From: Paraspadella gotoi
Lineage: Eukaryota; Animalia; Chaetognatha
Direction: 5' to 3'
Assembly: GCA_051294375.1 (NCBI GenBank)
Contig: CM119269.1
Coordinates: 4,497,098 to 4,561,097, forward strand
DNA: 64,000 bases
Part shown: positions 37,630 through 51,062 of the stretch, piece by piece
Layout: every line of letters starts with the position of its first letter
How positions within the stretch are numbered: the stretch's first letter is position 1
Notes under the pieces: generated by a model
Databases searched by the model: none
Seen by the model: the letters and a program-made list of their open reading frames with translations, nothing else
What the model was told of the DNA's origin: nothing
Made by a program: the position numbers and the translations under genes

Positions 37630-39177
37630 GTAAATTCTAAGATAATATTTAATAATAATATTTAACAGCTTGTAAACTTAGTTACTCTGTAATTACTTAA
37701 TTTTCTTTTTCCGAATTTTTTTTTACAATTATTATTTTTACAATTTGAATAATGTTGCTTTTTAGCATAACCTAGTGATTAAGGCGGGCTAAAATTGAAC
37801 ACTTTTTTCAACATCTAGTTCTCTCAATCGATACTTAATCGATTTTTAATGCAACTTTTTGAATTAGTTCATAGGGTTTTTTCACTGAAACTTTTCAATA
37901 TTTATTAATATATAACAAATGACAATTTGCGTTTGCGACGATCTTGTAACGCTTTTGCGCATAAGTGGCGTAGTTGTCGTCGTCGTCGTCGGCGTTCCAA
38001 ATTATAGATCGCCTTTTTTATGATTAAATTTGGGTATATGAAGCTGAAAATTTATATACAGCTCCTCATCATCGATGTGCTTAAGGACAGTTATTAAATA
38101 TGTTTTGTTTACGTTTTATCAAAACAAACAAATTTAATCTTTTATTTCTTTGTTTCCTTCTCTCTCTCTTTTCTTTTTTAATTATATGTAGCTCTCTCTC
38201 TCTCTTTTCCCCAGTGCAGATTCATCGGGAAAAAAACGAATCTGCAGCTGGCTCTGCAGGGGCTCTTTCTTTTTCTCTCTTTTCTCCTGCTGCTTCTGCC
38301 TTTTGATTTCTTTTTTTTTTCTCTCTCTCTCTCTGCGTTTTTATTAAAAAAAAATTGAATTAGGATTGAACTCGTAAAATTAGGCATTGCATTCGTGCAT
38401 GTTATCATTTTGCTATCGCAACATCGGGTTTTTATTTCTTTTTTTTTTCTCAGGGGCTGCGTCTGCTGATCAGTTTATTTTTTGACAATGAAAAAGTGTT
38501 TTTTTTTTTCAGAAACTGTAACTTTAATTTTCCTCGGTACTTCATTTTTTTTTTTAATTGACAATCGCAAAATAAGTTTGGCAATAAATGGATTAAAAAT
38601 TAAAAAAGCCTAAAAAAATCGTCATCGTCATCATCATCATTGGCTGAATTTTATGATTTTTTCAAATTTTCATCAATAAAACAAAACAATTTTAAAAAGT
38701 TGTTTTGTTTTAAAACTTTTAAAGCTCTATCAGAATCTATTAAAAAAATTTTTAAATTAAAAAAAATTTACTTTATATAGTAATAAAATATTTTATAAAT
38801 GCTTCCGTGCGCTTATCTGTAAGATAAATCTTAAAATTTTATTTATTTTCATATTCTCTAACAGTCACATTACCATTATCTATTTGAGAGAACGACTAGT
38901 TTTCAACTTGTTCCGGCCTCATAGTGATAGTACCGTGAATTATATACCATTTTTTGTTTTTTATTCTCTCAGATTGTTATTGTTTTAAAAAGTTTTAGAA
39001 CGAGTTCTAGAAAATTTAGTTAAAATAGACATGTTTTTAATCTACAGTATTGCAATAATATTCATTATTCGTGTGCTACATACTATACAACGATATCGCA
39101 TCAAGCAAGTCACAACATGTAAATGACCGATGAGTATAACAATGAGAATTGTTAGTGTGAATCGTAAAAAAATTTTG

Positions 39178-42100
39178 TTACACAGTTTCACGAAAAAAAA
39201 CTTTAGTCCTTGTGTATTCGACGTTACGGACGCTGCCGTATCCCGACGTCTCCTCGGAAATTAGAACTTTCCGGCTTTGTCCATCTGGACGACCTCCTAA
39301 AATTAAAAACGAATGTTAAAATTCATAGATATTTCATAATGAGGAAATTTGTGCAAAATCAAAAATCAAAATCAAGATTGTTTTCTTAATTTTTTTTTTC
39401 ATTCCCTATTTTGAATTAAAGTTAATCATGAGCTTTATAAAAAAAGATTTTTTTTAATTATTGGCTAGGATTGGGTTATGGCCTAAAGGTTTTCGGTACC
39501 ATATCTTGAGCTCTCCATAAACTCTTTAAATCGCCGAAAGTTGAAGCTCTTGCAGCTAGGCGCCGAGACCATGACGACGGCAACCATGATGAGGCAAGCT
39601 CCGCCAATCTGCGAAAAATAGAATTTGTTATTGGTCCAAAATGGCAATTTATAGTTTGTGCGTTCCCTCATTAATTTTTTTGATTTTCCTTTTGAAATCA
39701 AAAGCTCCCAGATAATGATTGTTCTAAAAGGTGTTAATAAAGAATTAAACCTGTCTAAGTTTGCTTTAAAACAAGGTGTGCTGATGAGCACTACCGCGAT
39801 CATAACTAACAACGCCCCAAGAATCTGTAAAAATGACTTTAGTTAGGTTTGGTGCAATAGTACAGTCTAATTAGTTGACAAACCTGTAATCCTTTCATAG
39901 CCTGACCAGCATATATCCAACCCCATCCGTATGTAAATGGAATTTCCAAAACCGAAATTAGTGAAACTGTTGATGGAGTGTGTTCTTTGCAGGCTACTGT
40001 TCTACAAAGACGTCCCAGGATGTCAAACCAAGCAATAAGAAAACATGCCACCAAATCTGTTGAATTTTAATATATTCTTTATACTCTATGTACGTAGATA
40101 CTTTTAGGTCTTTTTTTTAAAACTTACCAACAATAAAGAATTGAGTTATGTTTTCCATTGAAACCGTTTTATAACTGCCTCCAAAGAAAAATACGAATGG
40201 AGCAATAATTAAACCAGCGGGTACTATCATCACTTGCCAAACTGACCAATGCACATCGGGGCAAATATGTAAGAAGATGTATTGGAGTCCCGCAATAATT
40301 CCTAAAATGTTAGGTCCAAGTCATTCCAAAAACAAAAGAAGCGATCTTATGTAATAATATTTACCTGCAATAAGTGCTAATAAGTATGCAAGCATCAAAT
40401 GTGACCAATTTCCTTTGTCATCAGACTCAGGAAATCCTAAAAAGGTCGGTTGTGTGATTAATATAGCTCCAGCGACGGCAAAGAGCATAGTAAGTCCGTG
40501 ACTCAAAGTTATGCATTTCTTGTTCACGAAGGCTTCTACAATCGGGGTCCACAGCACCCTCATCGCAAAGAGACAGGCAGCATCACCTAATAATAAAATA
40601 TCAGTTTATTATAACCTTTTCAATCTTTTTCTTTTTTTGTTAAACCTGGCTTATGACAACTTTTAAATTTTTGCCAACCATTGAATTTACGTTTATAACT
40701 AAACCTAGTGCTATTTAATTCTGCTAAAATTTATTATTCTTGGTTTTACTTTCATTTAAGATTACCATGATGTAGCTAAATAAACATATATAAGATTTTT
40801 AACTGATTTGTTTAAGCTAAAATCTATAATAAGGCTTTAATAAACTAGTTTTCCATTTCAAAATTTTTTTGAGTCTAAACTAAACGAGAAAAATACAATA
40901 ACCCTAAACATAATATTCTTAACAAGTATATAACAAATTTTAAATGTGTTAAAATTGAAAAAATGGAGAATATTTTTTTAGTTATGTAAGCTATTAAATA
41001 TAGCATGAAACTAAAAAAATTATACAGGGGTGGGACCCTATATCGAGACAAAACTTAACGTCCTGCCCTGTCCGAACAATTTGAGATACAACAATGGAAA
41101 GTTTTTCTAGATTTTTATTTTTTCATTTTTCTTCCAAACCGCGTGGAGAAGACCGAGCAGTTGCTTTTGCTGCATCAAAAAAATCTTTATACCAAAGAAT
41201 TTCAAAACAATTAATATATCGTCTAAAAACTAAGAGAGAGTATCATACGAATATTTATTCAGATTTTAAAAATCATTAAGAGTTTTAGAATAATGATTTT
41301 TTAAACTTTGTCTCGATATATGGTCCCACTCTGTATATTGATACATATTTTCTGAAAGGATATATTTCAAATCGAAAAATTCCTAAATCGTCTTCCAAAT
41401 ATTTTTAGCAATCTTTTATTGGCAAAGACTTCTTAGAACCTATTTTATCATTACTGATCGAAATATGAAACTTGGTTCGTACATGTAATCGGATACAAAA
41501 TTATTAAAATGATTGCACCTGCACATACTTATAACATTTCCAATCAGTCCGTCAGTAAAATGTCGTTAATCTTTTGTAACTTCTACGCTTTCTACGGTTT
41601 CGCTTAACTAACTTCCCATTACATCTGCTCCCAATCACCGAATAACTCGTACGTGGCGAGTAAATCTTACGAGGAGGTCACGGAGGCCCGAAATATGGCA
41701 TTCCACAATTTCGGAAAGGGGGAACCGAACGAACGCATCATCTGCAACGCGTTGATGTTCCGGGTGCCTATCGTAGTGCAGCAAACAAGAACAACAAAAA
41801 GACTCCCGGCCCCGTAAGGCCGGGACGATCGCATAGAAAAGTATAAAAAATAATCTCGTTTTGCTTCTCGACTTAATTAGACGCTTATGTGGCTAAAATA
41901 CATCGATGAAGTAAAGCTTGGGCAAATGCGTTGCTTAATCGTATTTTTGGTTCTTTGCTCGTCTTAAAAGCGAGTGTCTTTATACAATTTTGGGTTATCA
42001 ATACTGCTTTGATTTGCCCAAGCCTATAAGTATAAATGCAGCCAAGTTTGTTTATATTTTTTCTGTTTTTTAGAATGTGTCTGGTTTGAAAAAGCAAAAT

Positions 42101-43330
42101 GTTTTTTTTTAACTTTGATTATATATAAACAATATATATAACTTTTATTCAAATCATATCCTACATCACTATATGATGACTGCACCTTTTTATATCAATC
42201 TTTAAAAAAAAACTCTTTCGAGCTTGTCTTTTCGTTGCGGTTGAAATTAAAATTAAAATTTTGTTTTGCTGACAGACAACGAATTTGTTTTATTTTCAAG
42301 AAGATAAACATACATGTTACGCTAATATGAAGGTGAAAAGAGGGCAACCGACAGTCGTATCAGGTCAAATATATAGACGAGTAGCCATAGGTATTTTTCT
42401 GAGATGATCATTTCCTGACCCAAGCGTGACAACTTCCGTCATACTGGTTTCTCAAAATCGTCTCTACCCTACCTTTGTCCGGAGAGAGGAAGCCATTTTG
42501 AGCTCTTTCTTTTTCTTATTTTTCACTTTCTTTTTTCACTTTTACTAAACCTGAAATCTTTCTTTTTAATTTTTCATTTTCACTCATTTCATTAAACTTC
42601 TCTAAATTATAATATTTAATAGGTTAATTTTACAGTTTAAATCTTGTGATAAAATTTAAGTTTAGATTTAAAAAAAAATATTGTCTACTTATATTGCTGA
42701 AACGTATTTTACTGTTTATAAATATCCATCTCTATCACTCTCTCTCTCCTTCAATACCAAGTCTGTGAAATTATTATTATTTTGCGCTGATGAAACATGT
42801 ATGTTTTTTCTTCTTAAAAATAAAACTAATTCGTGGTCTGTCAACAGATTAAAAATTTTCATTAATTTCTTTCATTTATTTTCTTAAATAAAGCTCTTAC
42901 CATTTTTAGCACTTGACCCTTGAACCCTTCGAGTTGCGTAAACTTAAATAAAATCTGTTGAATTTTTTTCGCATTCTTATAAAAAAATATGTTGGTACTA
43001 ACCTATTGGCGCGTGTTGAAACGCATAAGACATAAGAATAATTAGAAAGACATCGAAAAAACCAAAACAAAAGACGGAAACCCATTGCTTCGGTCCTTGG
43101 ATATTGAGATTTTTATGCGTGAATTTGAGGATCGGGCTCACGAATACGGTGTTTACGATAATAGCTCCGAATAAGATGAAAAAATTGTCGAAATGCTGTG
43201 AGACCAAGTCGCAGAGAACGTTGTAATAAGACCAGCAAAGCACGCAAAGTCCTCCAAATATGATTGACAACAATCGATGATGATCGAACACACTGAGAAT
43301 TTTTTTTTCAGTTTCTCCGAGTTCCTCCAT
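39178..43330 (-). CDS. EamA/SLC35G-like drug-metabolite transporter
   Basis: Multi-TM protein with AFQHAPIGDAACLFAMRVLWT, GAILITQPTFLGF and VSLISVLEIPFTY motifs of SLC35G type. A long first intron holds several elements. Confidence 0.8.
41025..41333. mobile_element. Tc1/mariner-type MITE
   Basis: ta|caggggtgggaccctatatcgagacaaa ... tttgtctcgatatatggtcccactctg|ta; TA flanks on both sides. Confidence 0.8.
41400..41850 (+). mobile_element. Helitron/Helentron-like fragment ending in a GC hairpin
   Basis: cccggcc-ccgtaa-ggccggg hairpin (about 41805-41826) followed by an A-rich tail. A similar terminal palindrome ccgcgagtactcgcgg occurs at about 3445-3460 after a GACA microsatellite. Confidence 0.4.
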
Positions 43331-43685
43331 TATTGAGTCTTATTGTATTGTGGTTACTTGTTTTGTTTCCCTGCTAAAATAAATAATGATTTATAATATT
43401 TGTCCCGATTTCCAATAATACGATTTTTTCTCTGTTCATCGTAATTGCAACTAAGCCCGCAAGTGATTAAACCTCGGACGACGATCTTTGCCGAATTATC
43501 GAAGATTAGGGTATAGAAGAGTAAAGGTTTAAACTATAAATTAAATTACTTTTTTCTCTTTGAATGGGTCATTTCAACATATCTTTTTCAACCGTTGCAG
43601 AACTTTATTTTAAAAAGGTTAAAAGTAGTTAATTAGGAAGTTAAGTTTCCATGGTATATCCTTTCTTTTCGTTGTTGTATAGAGA

Positions 43686-43765
43686 TTTACAAAGAATTTT
43701 GAATTGTTACAACGATTTTATTATTAATAATAAAATCGTTGTAACAATTCAAAATTCTTTGTAAA
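43686..43765. repeat. Perfect 80-bp palindrome upstream of the EamA gene
   Basis: tttacaaagaattttgaattgttacaacgattttattatt|aataataaaatcgttgtaacaattcaaaattctttgtaaa. Confidence 0.92.
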
Positions 43766-44104
43766 AGAAGTTAAGTTTATAAATTTTTATTTAAGAAAAT
43801 GTTGAACCCCTCTAGACCCCACGAGTCTTCGCTTTTCTCGCGAGAGGCGTATCGGGCTACTCGTCGAAAAAATCCGTCCAGAAAACCGAACCTAATTCGC
43901 AGAAGAACTGAAACAAAGCCCCTTCCTTTTTCCGCTGAACTTGGCTGGAGGCTTAGTTTGGCCAACGGATGATGGCTACGCGAAGGCTTACGGGCGAGAA
44001 TGGAATTTTCTCGAAGAACTCTCGATGAGATTGACCGACTTCGAGATAAAAGTTTTTTTCCCGAAGCGCGGGGCCCCTGGGAGAGGGTTAAAATCGGACA
44101 AAGG

Positions 44105-44106
<2 letters not shown>

Positions 44107-44187
<81 letters not shown>
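44107..44187 (+). repeat. (GA)n microsatellite
   Basis: About 40 GA units. Confidence 0.95.
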
Positions 44188-44188
<1 letters not shown>

Positions 44189-44812
44189 CCCCACGGCGAA
44201 CTTCGAAGAAGTAGGACAGGTCTGCATTTCAACTCAGAAATTAAAACCCGGTTTTGAAGGACGTTCTGGCTGTTTCAGTGGAAAGTTCATAAGAGACATG
44301 GGGCGAGGCTCGTGGTTGATATTTAAGCGCTCGTAGGCTATTTAAGGCATGAAAACTTCTTTTTTTTCTTTAATCCTATAACTCCCTTGCCGGTCAAACT
44401 TTCATAAACATTTACCCTGACTTGTACCCCCGCCCCAAATGATCCCTTACACCATATCAGTATCACAAATTGAATTTTCTTAGAGTAATATCCTTATAAA
44501 ATCATAAAATAATATTTTTTTAAAGTTAAGAACACCGGTAAAATATGTTTATGTTATTTTTATGTTATAGCTTTGAAAGAGTTTATTGTATTTTCTATTT
44601 TCGTTGTGTTCCTATCATACAGAGAGTTAAAAAGTAAAGAATTTTGACCTTTTTTCCGTTTGATGCTAAAGACAGGAATTTTTGATATACATATTTAACT
44701 TTTTATGAAGAATCGGATTCTTCAAAACAATTAAAAAAAAAGTATTTTGAAAATTTACTATTTATAACGGTATTATTATAAATATATTGTATTTTATGAT
44801 TCTGTTCACCAA

Positions 44813-47441
44813 TCAATATGAGAAAAATATTTTTTGTACTCTAAATATTCTTGTTTGTTCACTCAAATAAAAGTTTTGTTCCTGAGAGCTCCACTCTACT
44901 GAGTAGGGTCTATTCAGGAACGTTCTTGTTGCGTCGGAAAATGTATACCGAGTGTGAAAGAAAAATGAGTGGAGAGTTCTCTATAAGACACAATGAAAAA
45001 TAACGTGGCGAAACTGTCTCGTGCTGCATAACACATGTCCCCCAGTTGACATAATAGCTTATTCATAAATGAAGGGGGGGTAGAGGCGGACGGTGAGTCT
45101 CAAGGAGTTGGAAGGTTTAAGCAAATGAACGGAGTAAAAAGAAACTGACGTGGAAAAAGAATTCCGCCAAGGGACGATAGACCATCAAATAAAGAGCAGT
45201 GAATTCGTTGACGTCACCTGAATCAAAATGTTCGAAATTAAAATCAAATAACACATGTGGTCATCCACTCCTCAGTGAGTCGAGAATTTAAGAAATAAAC
45301 ACTATTAAAACGGGTAATGGTCAGCACACAAACGGTAAATAAGTCATAGTTCCACGCGGGGTGAAAATTACAAAGCATAGAAAAAATGGCATCGAACCAG
45401 AAAATCCGTTCAACCGTTTCATGTTTAACGTCAGTTCTAAGGATCGAAGCGACCTGATCGAGAAGCATTTTACGGTTTACGTTTTGAGTAGTCTAATCTT
45501 TTGTTTTTGATCCTTTGATCTTTTCTTTCTGACCACCAACATTGCATTGAATTTAAGACTCCATCATCGTCCCCGACTCAACCTGGGCAGAAATCCAAAA
45601 GGGTTGACGAGGGCCTCCCCGATACCGGTCAAGTCCACATCCTTCAGCACCAACGCCTCCAGATACGGCAAATTGAAGAACAAAAGACGGCCGAGGAGGC
45701 GAAAGTCCAATCGAAAGGATGATAGTGACAGAGACGTCAAATTCTTGTAGTAAATAAAATTCCCTACGGTTACTTATATGCATATATTTTGATTAAAATA
45801 TGGCACCCGGTTGTCATACCCTACAAATCCTAGAATCATCTTCGTTGTTAAACAAAAGACGAAAATCTTCGTCGCCGAAAGTTTGGAGATTCTTTAAAGA
45901 AAGAGAATGGAGAAAGAGGGAAGCCTGGCGAAGGGCGACGACGACGCGTCCGATTCCTGAGACCACAATTCGCAACATCAACCCAAATCATTCCTTCGCC
46001 AAGTTCGTCGTTCGGATGTTGACGTATGTACGTGATAACAATTTTAGAGCACCGCCTACCGCTTTCTTGGATGCCCTTCAAATCCAGATCGAGGAAACGG
46101 AGGGTCGGAATCCGAGGTAGAATTTCAACGGCGAGCGGGATGTGGCATCTTAGTGTGAGGCGTTGCAGATTCGTCGAGAACCGATTTAACGTCTACATAA
46201 ATGAAAACGGAATCAAAGTGGATGAAAAAGAATCGTATTTGATTATTTCGAAATTCTTTAGAAAAAAAAAATCAACTCGAAAATAATGAATATGCTGTCA
46301 TTTTTTTTTAAATTAATTTTTACCAGTCATCTTGAACAATTTACTACTATACTAATGAGACTTGATCTTAATCTTATTTAGTATTTTACTAAGAAACCAC
46401 GTTACACTATCATCATTATCATCATCATAATTAAGTCACTTTTCGGTCGCTCTGTCGGTCGGTCGGTCTGCCCCACTGACATTAAAAATGCATATAATTT
46501 GCCTATAGTTGGTTGCTCATTTGCTAGCGCCGCCTTCAGAAATTCCTAAAAGACTGAATTTTGATTTTATTTTTTATTTTTACAACCGACAAAATAGGAG
46601 TATAAAAGCATAAATATAGAGTATTGGCTCCGCGAGTCTATAGCGCCTCCTCCTCATTCTCCTCCCCGGGGGTCCAGGGTCGCGTCCGGGGTTTCGAGTT
46701 TTCATTCACGCTCTTCTCTCTCTTTTCCCTCCCTATTGAATCGCTGAATCCACAGTGTGATAACCTGATAGATTTCGTGATTGTCCCAGTCTCCCCTGAG
46801 ATTGAAGGCGAGGGAGCGGACGTCCGGCAGAAGCCCCTCGTCGAGGATGACGGCGAAGAGAGATTCTCTGACGGATGTGTCAGTGGAGGCCAGGCGGAAG
46901 TCAAATGAGACCGAGGAGACTTTTCTTTGATGGGAGTGGGCATGGGGAAAAAATGGGGGCAACGACTTCTGGTAACGGCGCAATTGGCAAGCATAGAAAC
47001 GCTATCTAGTTAGGGTACATAGTAATTGGTGTTATGTCACCCAGCAAAATCCTTATTAGTAGCTCGTATGATGTATATTAATCATGATGGCCACGGCCAA
47101 TGGTCATATCACTGAGCTCTGACATTTTGCAACTCTTCAAACCTGCAAATCTCAAGGACGGACGCCAATTTGTCGACGGTTCCTTGGACGAATCGATCGC
47201 CGGAAGTTAGATGGAATTTTTGAACGGACTTAAGACCGTGTCGCTGCATAAATGACGACGAGAGTCTAAAACGATCGAAGCTGCGCCCTAGGTCGACCTC
47301 ACGCCACAAAAGCGGCGTGGTAGTCAAATCACGCCACCTATAGTTGACCAGAGCGACTGTTTCAACGAGGGTGTGACGTGGCAGACGCGCAAAAATGAAA
47401 GTCAACATTTCGTTGGGGAGAATGTCTATTTCCATTGTCAT
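44813..47441 (-). CDS. F-box protein (3' exon structure uncertain)
   Basis: N-terminal F-box IDILPNEMLTFIFARLP...VALVNYRWRDL...LWREVDL. Downstream exons have LRR-like segments (LQRLTL, LRFLDL); the end coordinate is tentative. Confidence 0.65.
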
Positions 47442-48197
47442 AGCTGATGATGTCACAACTCACAAGCAGTGGCGTTATTTTGTATTTTAAGGAACTAGCT
47501 TTCCATTTTTTTTATTGTTGATGTACAAGTTGCTTTAGCTACTTCTGGTAAAAACTCGAACAAACAAAACCGAGAAATTTGGATTGAGACCAACAGAACA
47601 TTTTTAAAAGGAGAAAAACAGCTCTGACATATATTCGATACGAATGTTATTATTCATGAAAATTTTGGGAGAAAAAACGTCAGAATAATAATAATATATA
47701 TCGTAAACTTTTGATGGACGAATGACTTTTCTATTCTTATAAAATAAAAAAAAACATGAATCACAGAATAAAATATATTTAAAGCGCCAGTATTACTAAT
47801 TTTGAACACCACAAAAAGGATAAAAATGAAAATTCAAGCGTTAAACGAAAAATCTCTAGCTAAATCTAATGTCTACCAAAATGAGTGCAGAATGTATATA
47901 TATGTTAAAACTTGTGCTTGTTACAACCAACAACAACGAAATTTGAACTATCGGGAAGTTAAAAAGTAAGAATAAAAAATATTGAGTTCTGGAATTCCGA
48001 GAGGCAAAAATGGTAAAAAAATTAACACTATTATTAAAAAAAAATTACAAGAATGAAAGAGAAACGCAAAATGCTGAGGGGTCGTTGTTAAGCTTCACCT
48101 TTATCCTCCACCCAAATCCCCATAATCCTCTGAAATAGAGAGATAGAGAGAGAGAGAGCTGGAAGGTCCGCCTCACCACCCAACATCTGCCCTGTCT

Positions 48198-50790
48198 TTA
48201 CAAAGGCGCGGATTCGTGTTCCTCGTCGTCGGCAGCGGGCACGGGCGTCGACACCATGACCCTTTTCGCCGGAGAGCAAAAGAAATAGTTGGTGTTCGCC
48301 TTGAGGACGTCCAGATCGACTGCCCGCTGCGGAATCGGTCGACCTTTTGTCTCCGGACAGAAGAGCATTAGGATGGCAGCGCCAAGGGCGGCAAAGCCAA
48401 ACAGAGCTTCTGGAATGAGCGGGTACCTGAAAGCAGAATATAAGTAACCTTAGCGTTTTTATACAGACACCAAAAAAAACGTACATTCCGATAGAAACTT
48501 ACTGTTTTAAAAAGGCCTCAGCGAAGGTGGAGGCAAGCGAACTGAGCCTCGAGGCGGCGCCGATGACGCCGTAACACGAGGCCCTCACTTCGGTGGGGAA
48601 CACTTCCGAACCGTATGTGTCGATCCCCGCGTAGGCGGCGGTAACCGCAAATTTCCCAAAAAGATTCAAGACGAGACGAAGAGTCGTCAGTTCTGTGGAA
48701 AGATCCTCATCGTTAAACAATACTACACATTCGAAAATATGATAATAATAACGTGATAATAATAAATGATATTAACACAACCAAACATTGGACCTTCGAC
48801 TTTTGAGTAGGACACCCGGGCGACTGCGAGGAAGGCCAGGGCGAATCCAGCGAGTGACAGAAATAGGAAGATATTGAAGCGACGAGACATAACTTTCAAC
48901 AGCACAACCACTAAGAGAATCGCCGGAACTTCGATGGCTCCGAACAGGAAGAAGTTCAGATAGCTAAAAAAAAGAGAAAATTTAATTAAGAATAAAGGAA
49001 TGGTGATCTACAGGTTTGCAGATAATAATCAACAAAAACGATGGTGCTAATTAAAAGTCTCGAGAGTATAAGCATCTTTATAGTATTTTCTTACCGATCT
49101 CCGACGAAGGCGTTGGTGGAGAAGGATAACCCATAGTAATACATGGAAACAGTGGCACGAATGAAAGCCATGAAAATCGTGACCAAGATAACAGTGTAAG
49201 TCCATTTCTTTCCGTTCCGCTGAATAATGATAATGATCCTCGTTTTACGTCTTTGTGGAAAAAGATTTTTAACTTTCGGAACAGACTCACCTCTGCCCCT
49301 TTGCCCAATTCATCTTTTTTATCGCCGATTAAAGGTTTTTCGTCCTTTCCCGACTTTTCTTCTTCTTCCGTCAGCCCGGTCTCAATCTTTTCAGGCACAA
49401 CGACGTTCTTCTGTCGAGCGAGCTTCTCAAGCAGCTCGCGCCCGCGGGCCTCCTTTCCCGCCGAGTAAAGCCACTTTACCGACTCTGGGCAAAGCCACCA
49501 AAACGGAATGGTGAGCAGCGATCCCAAAGAGATTGTCATGTATCTGTGAAGAGGTTAAAGAGGGATTATTACATTGAGCCGGAAATAGCGATGAATCGCT
49601 TCGCCGCTTACAAGTATCTCCACCCCGGCACGACCCACGCGATCCCCGGGAGAGTCATGACGCCGACGGTGTAAGCGATGTCCAGTAGCACCACGGGGGT
49701 TGTTCTCGTCCTCTGGGAGAAGATCTCGCAGGTCCAAGTCCAGACGACGCCCGTCCCCGCGTAGCAAAGTCCGCCGATGAAGCGAATTACGTAGAAACCG
49801 TAGATATTCCCCGTGGCGAGGGACATCAGCCCTGTCAACCCCATCACCCAGGTGCATCCCAGAGTCATCGGCTTTCGACCGATTTTATCCGCCCAGGGAA
49901 CGACAAGGATGTAGCCGAGGAGAGCACCTTTTTGGGGTACGGAGGGGTCGAGGGGGCGTCGGTGTAGGGGCGAAATGCCCGCAAGTGGGGAGTTATCCTC
50001 AAGACGAACATCGCACTCGTCACTTAATCATTCCGACTGGTATAAAATTTTACAGCAAAATGGGTTATCTTACGTTTTTTTTTTAAATTCACCTAAAAAA
50101 TAGTATATTGTGATGAATCTTAGTGGCCTCCCGTATAGTATGGTAAAACTGAGCACGTCCCATTGGCTAGGACAGCTATGTACTGGCTTAGTCACCATGA
50201 GTTCCGGTCAAAAGCCCTGAGCGCCAGCTGTCGGCATCACATATATTTCCCCGTTACCATAATATGCAGCAACATTATTAAAAAGAATAAAAATTTATCT
50301 ATAATATTTTATCTAAAAATTTTCTCTGACAAAACTAATCGGTCCAAACACAAGTAAGTCACTTACCAAAAACGTAAAAAGTCTTTCCCAAATCCGTATA
50401 ACGAAAAAACCACCAAAAGCTGGCGTTCTGGCAGGCGTAATCCCATTCCTCGACGATGGAACGAGAGGAACCTGTGTTGTTGAATTTAATCTCGCCGGGA
50501 CAGAAGTGAGTGGCGTTGGAGGAGTCCAAAACGTAGCAGTTCAGGTCCGACCCGCACTTTTCGTTTTCGCCCTTCAGCCCGGCGTGACACACGTCCTTAG
50601 ACCCCACGGAGCGATAGAGATCCGTCTGGTTTGCGTTCAACACGCAATCAATGGGCGGGTACCAGCCCAGGAAAGCCATGGCCAAAATGTGCCAAGCTCG
50701 TGCCACTACCACAAAGCACATGAAGACGTAAGGGACGTAGGGGTAATAACCCCTTTCCCCCAGGGACTCCAGCACGTCGTCGATGTGCAT
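48198..50790 (-). CDS. SLC22/organic cation transporter-like protein
   Basis: MHIDDVLESLGERG, Cys-rich first loop with SIVEEWD, ADKIGRKP, WLCPESVKWL, GKFAVTAAY, SEVFPTEVR, PETKGRP. Confidence 0.9.
50126..50240 (+). mobile_element. SINE-like repeat, copy 1 (copy 2 at about 51577-51690)
   Basis: Shared gcctcccg...ggt.aaactgagc.cgtcccattggct.ggacagcta.gtact head with Pol III A-box-like and degenerate B-box-like segments. Both copies are intronic. Confidence 0.55.
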
Positions 50791-51062
50791 CGCGATTGTC
50801 GCCGCTTTCCGTGGATCAGAGGCGCGAAAAAAAAAACTAGAACTAAAAAAAAAAAGCAAAGGACGCTGTGGAGGGAAATAATAAGGAAACGGAGGAGTGA
50901 GAAATCTGAGAGGAGACGCTAACTGGCGAAAGTAATGAACACAATTAATACTGTGAATGGTGAGCGTAGCTAGACAGTATTTATGGAATTGAGAGCTTTG
51001 CACGAGTGCAGACAACGATTAAAACAAAAACCGGTAAAACGCAATAAGCGTTGAATTTTTCT

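Noticed and set aside
43777-44336. ORFs with ER and SL dipeptide runs
   Set aside because: They arise from the (GA)n tract and have no splice or domain support.
50126-50240. Functional tRNA gene
   Set aside because: I could not form a cloverleaf and the T-loop is degenerate; it is treated as SINE-like instead.
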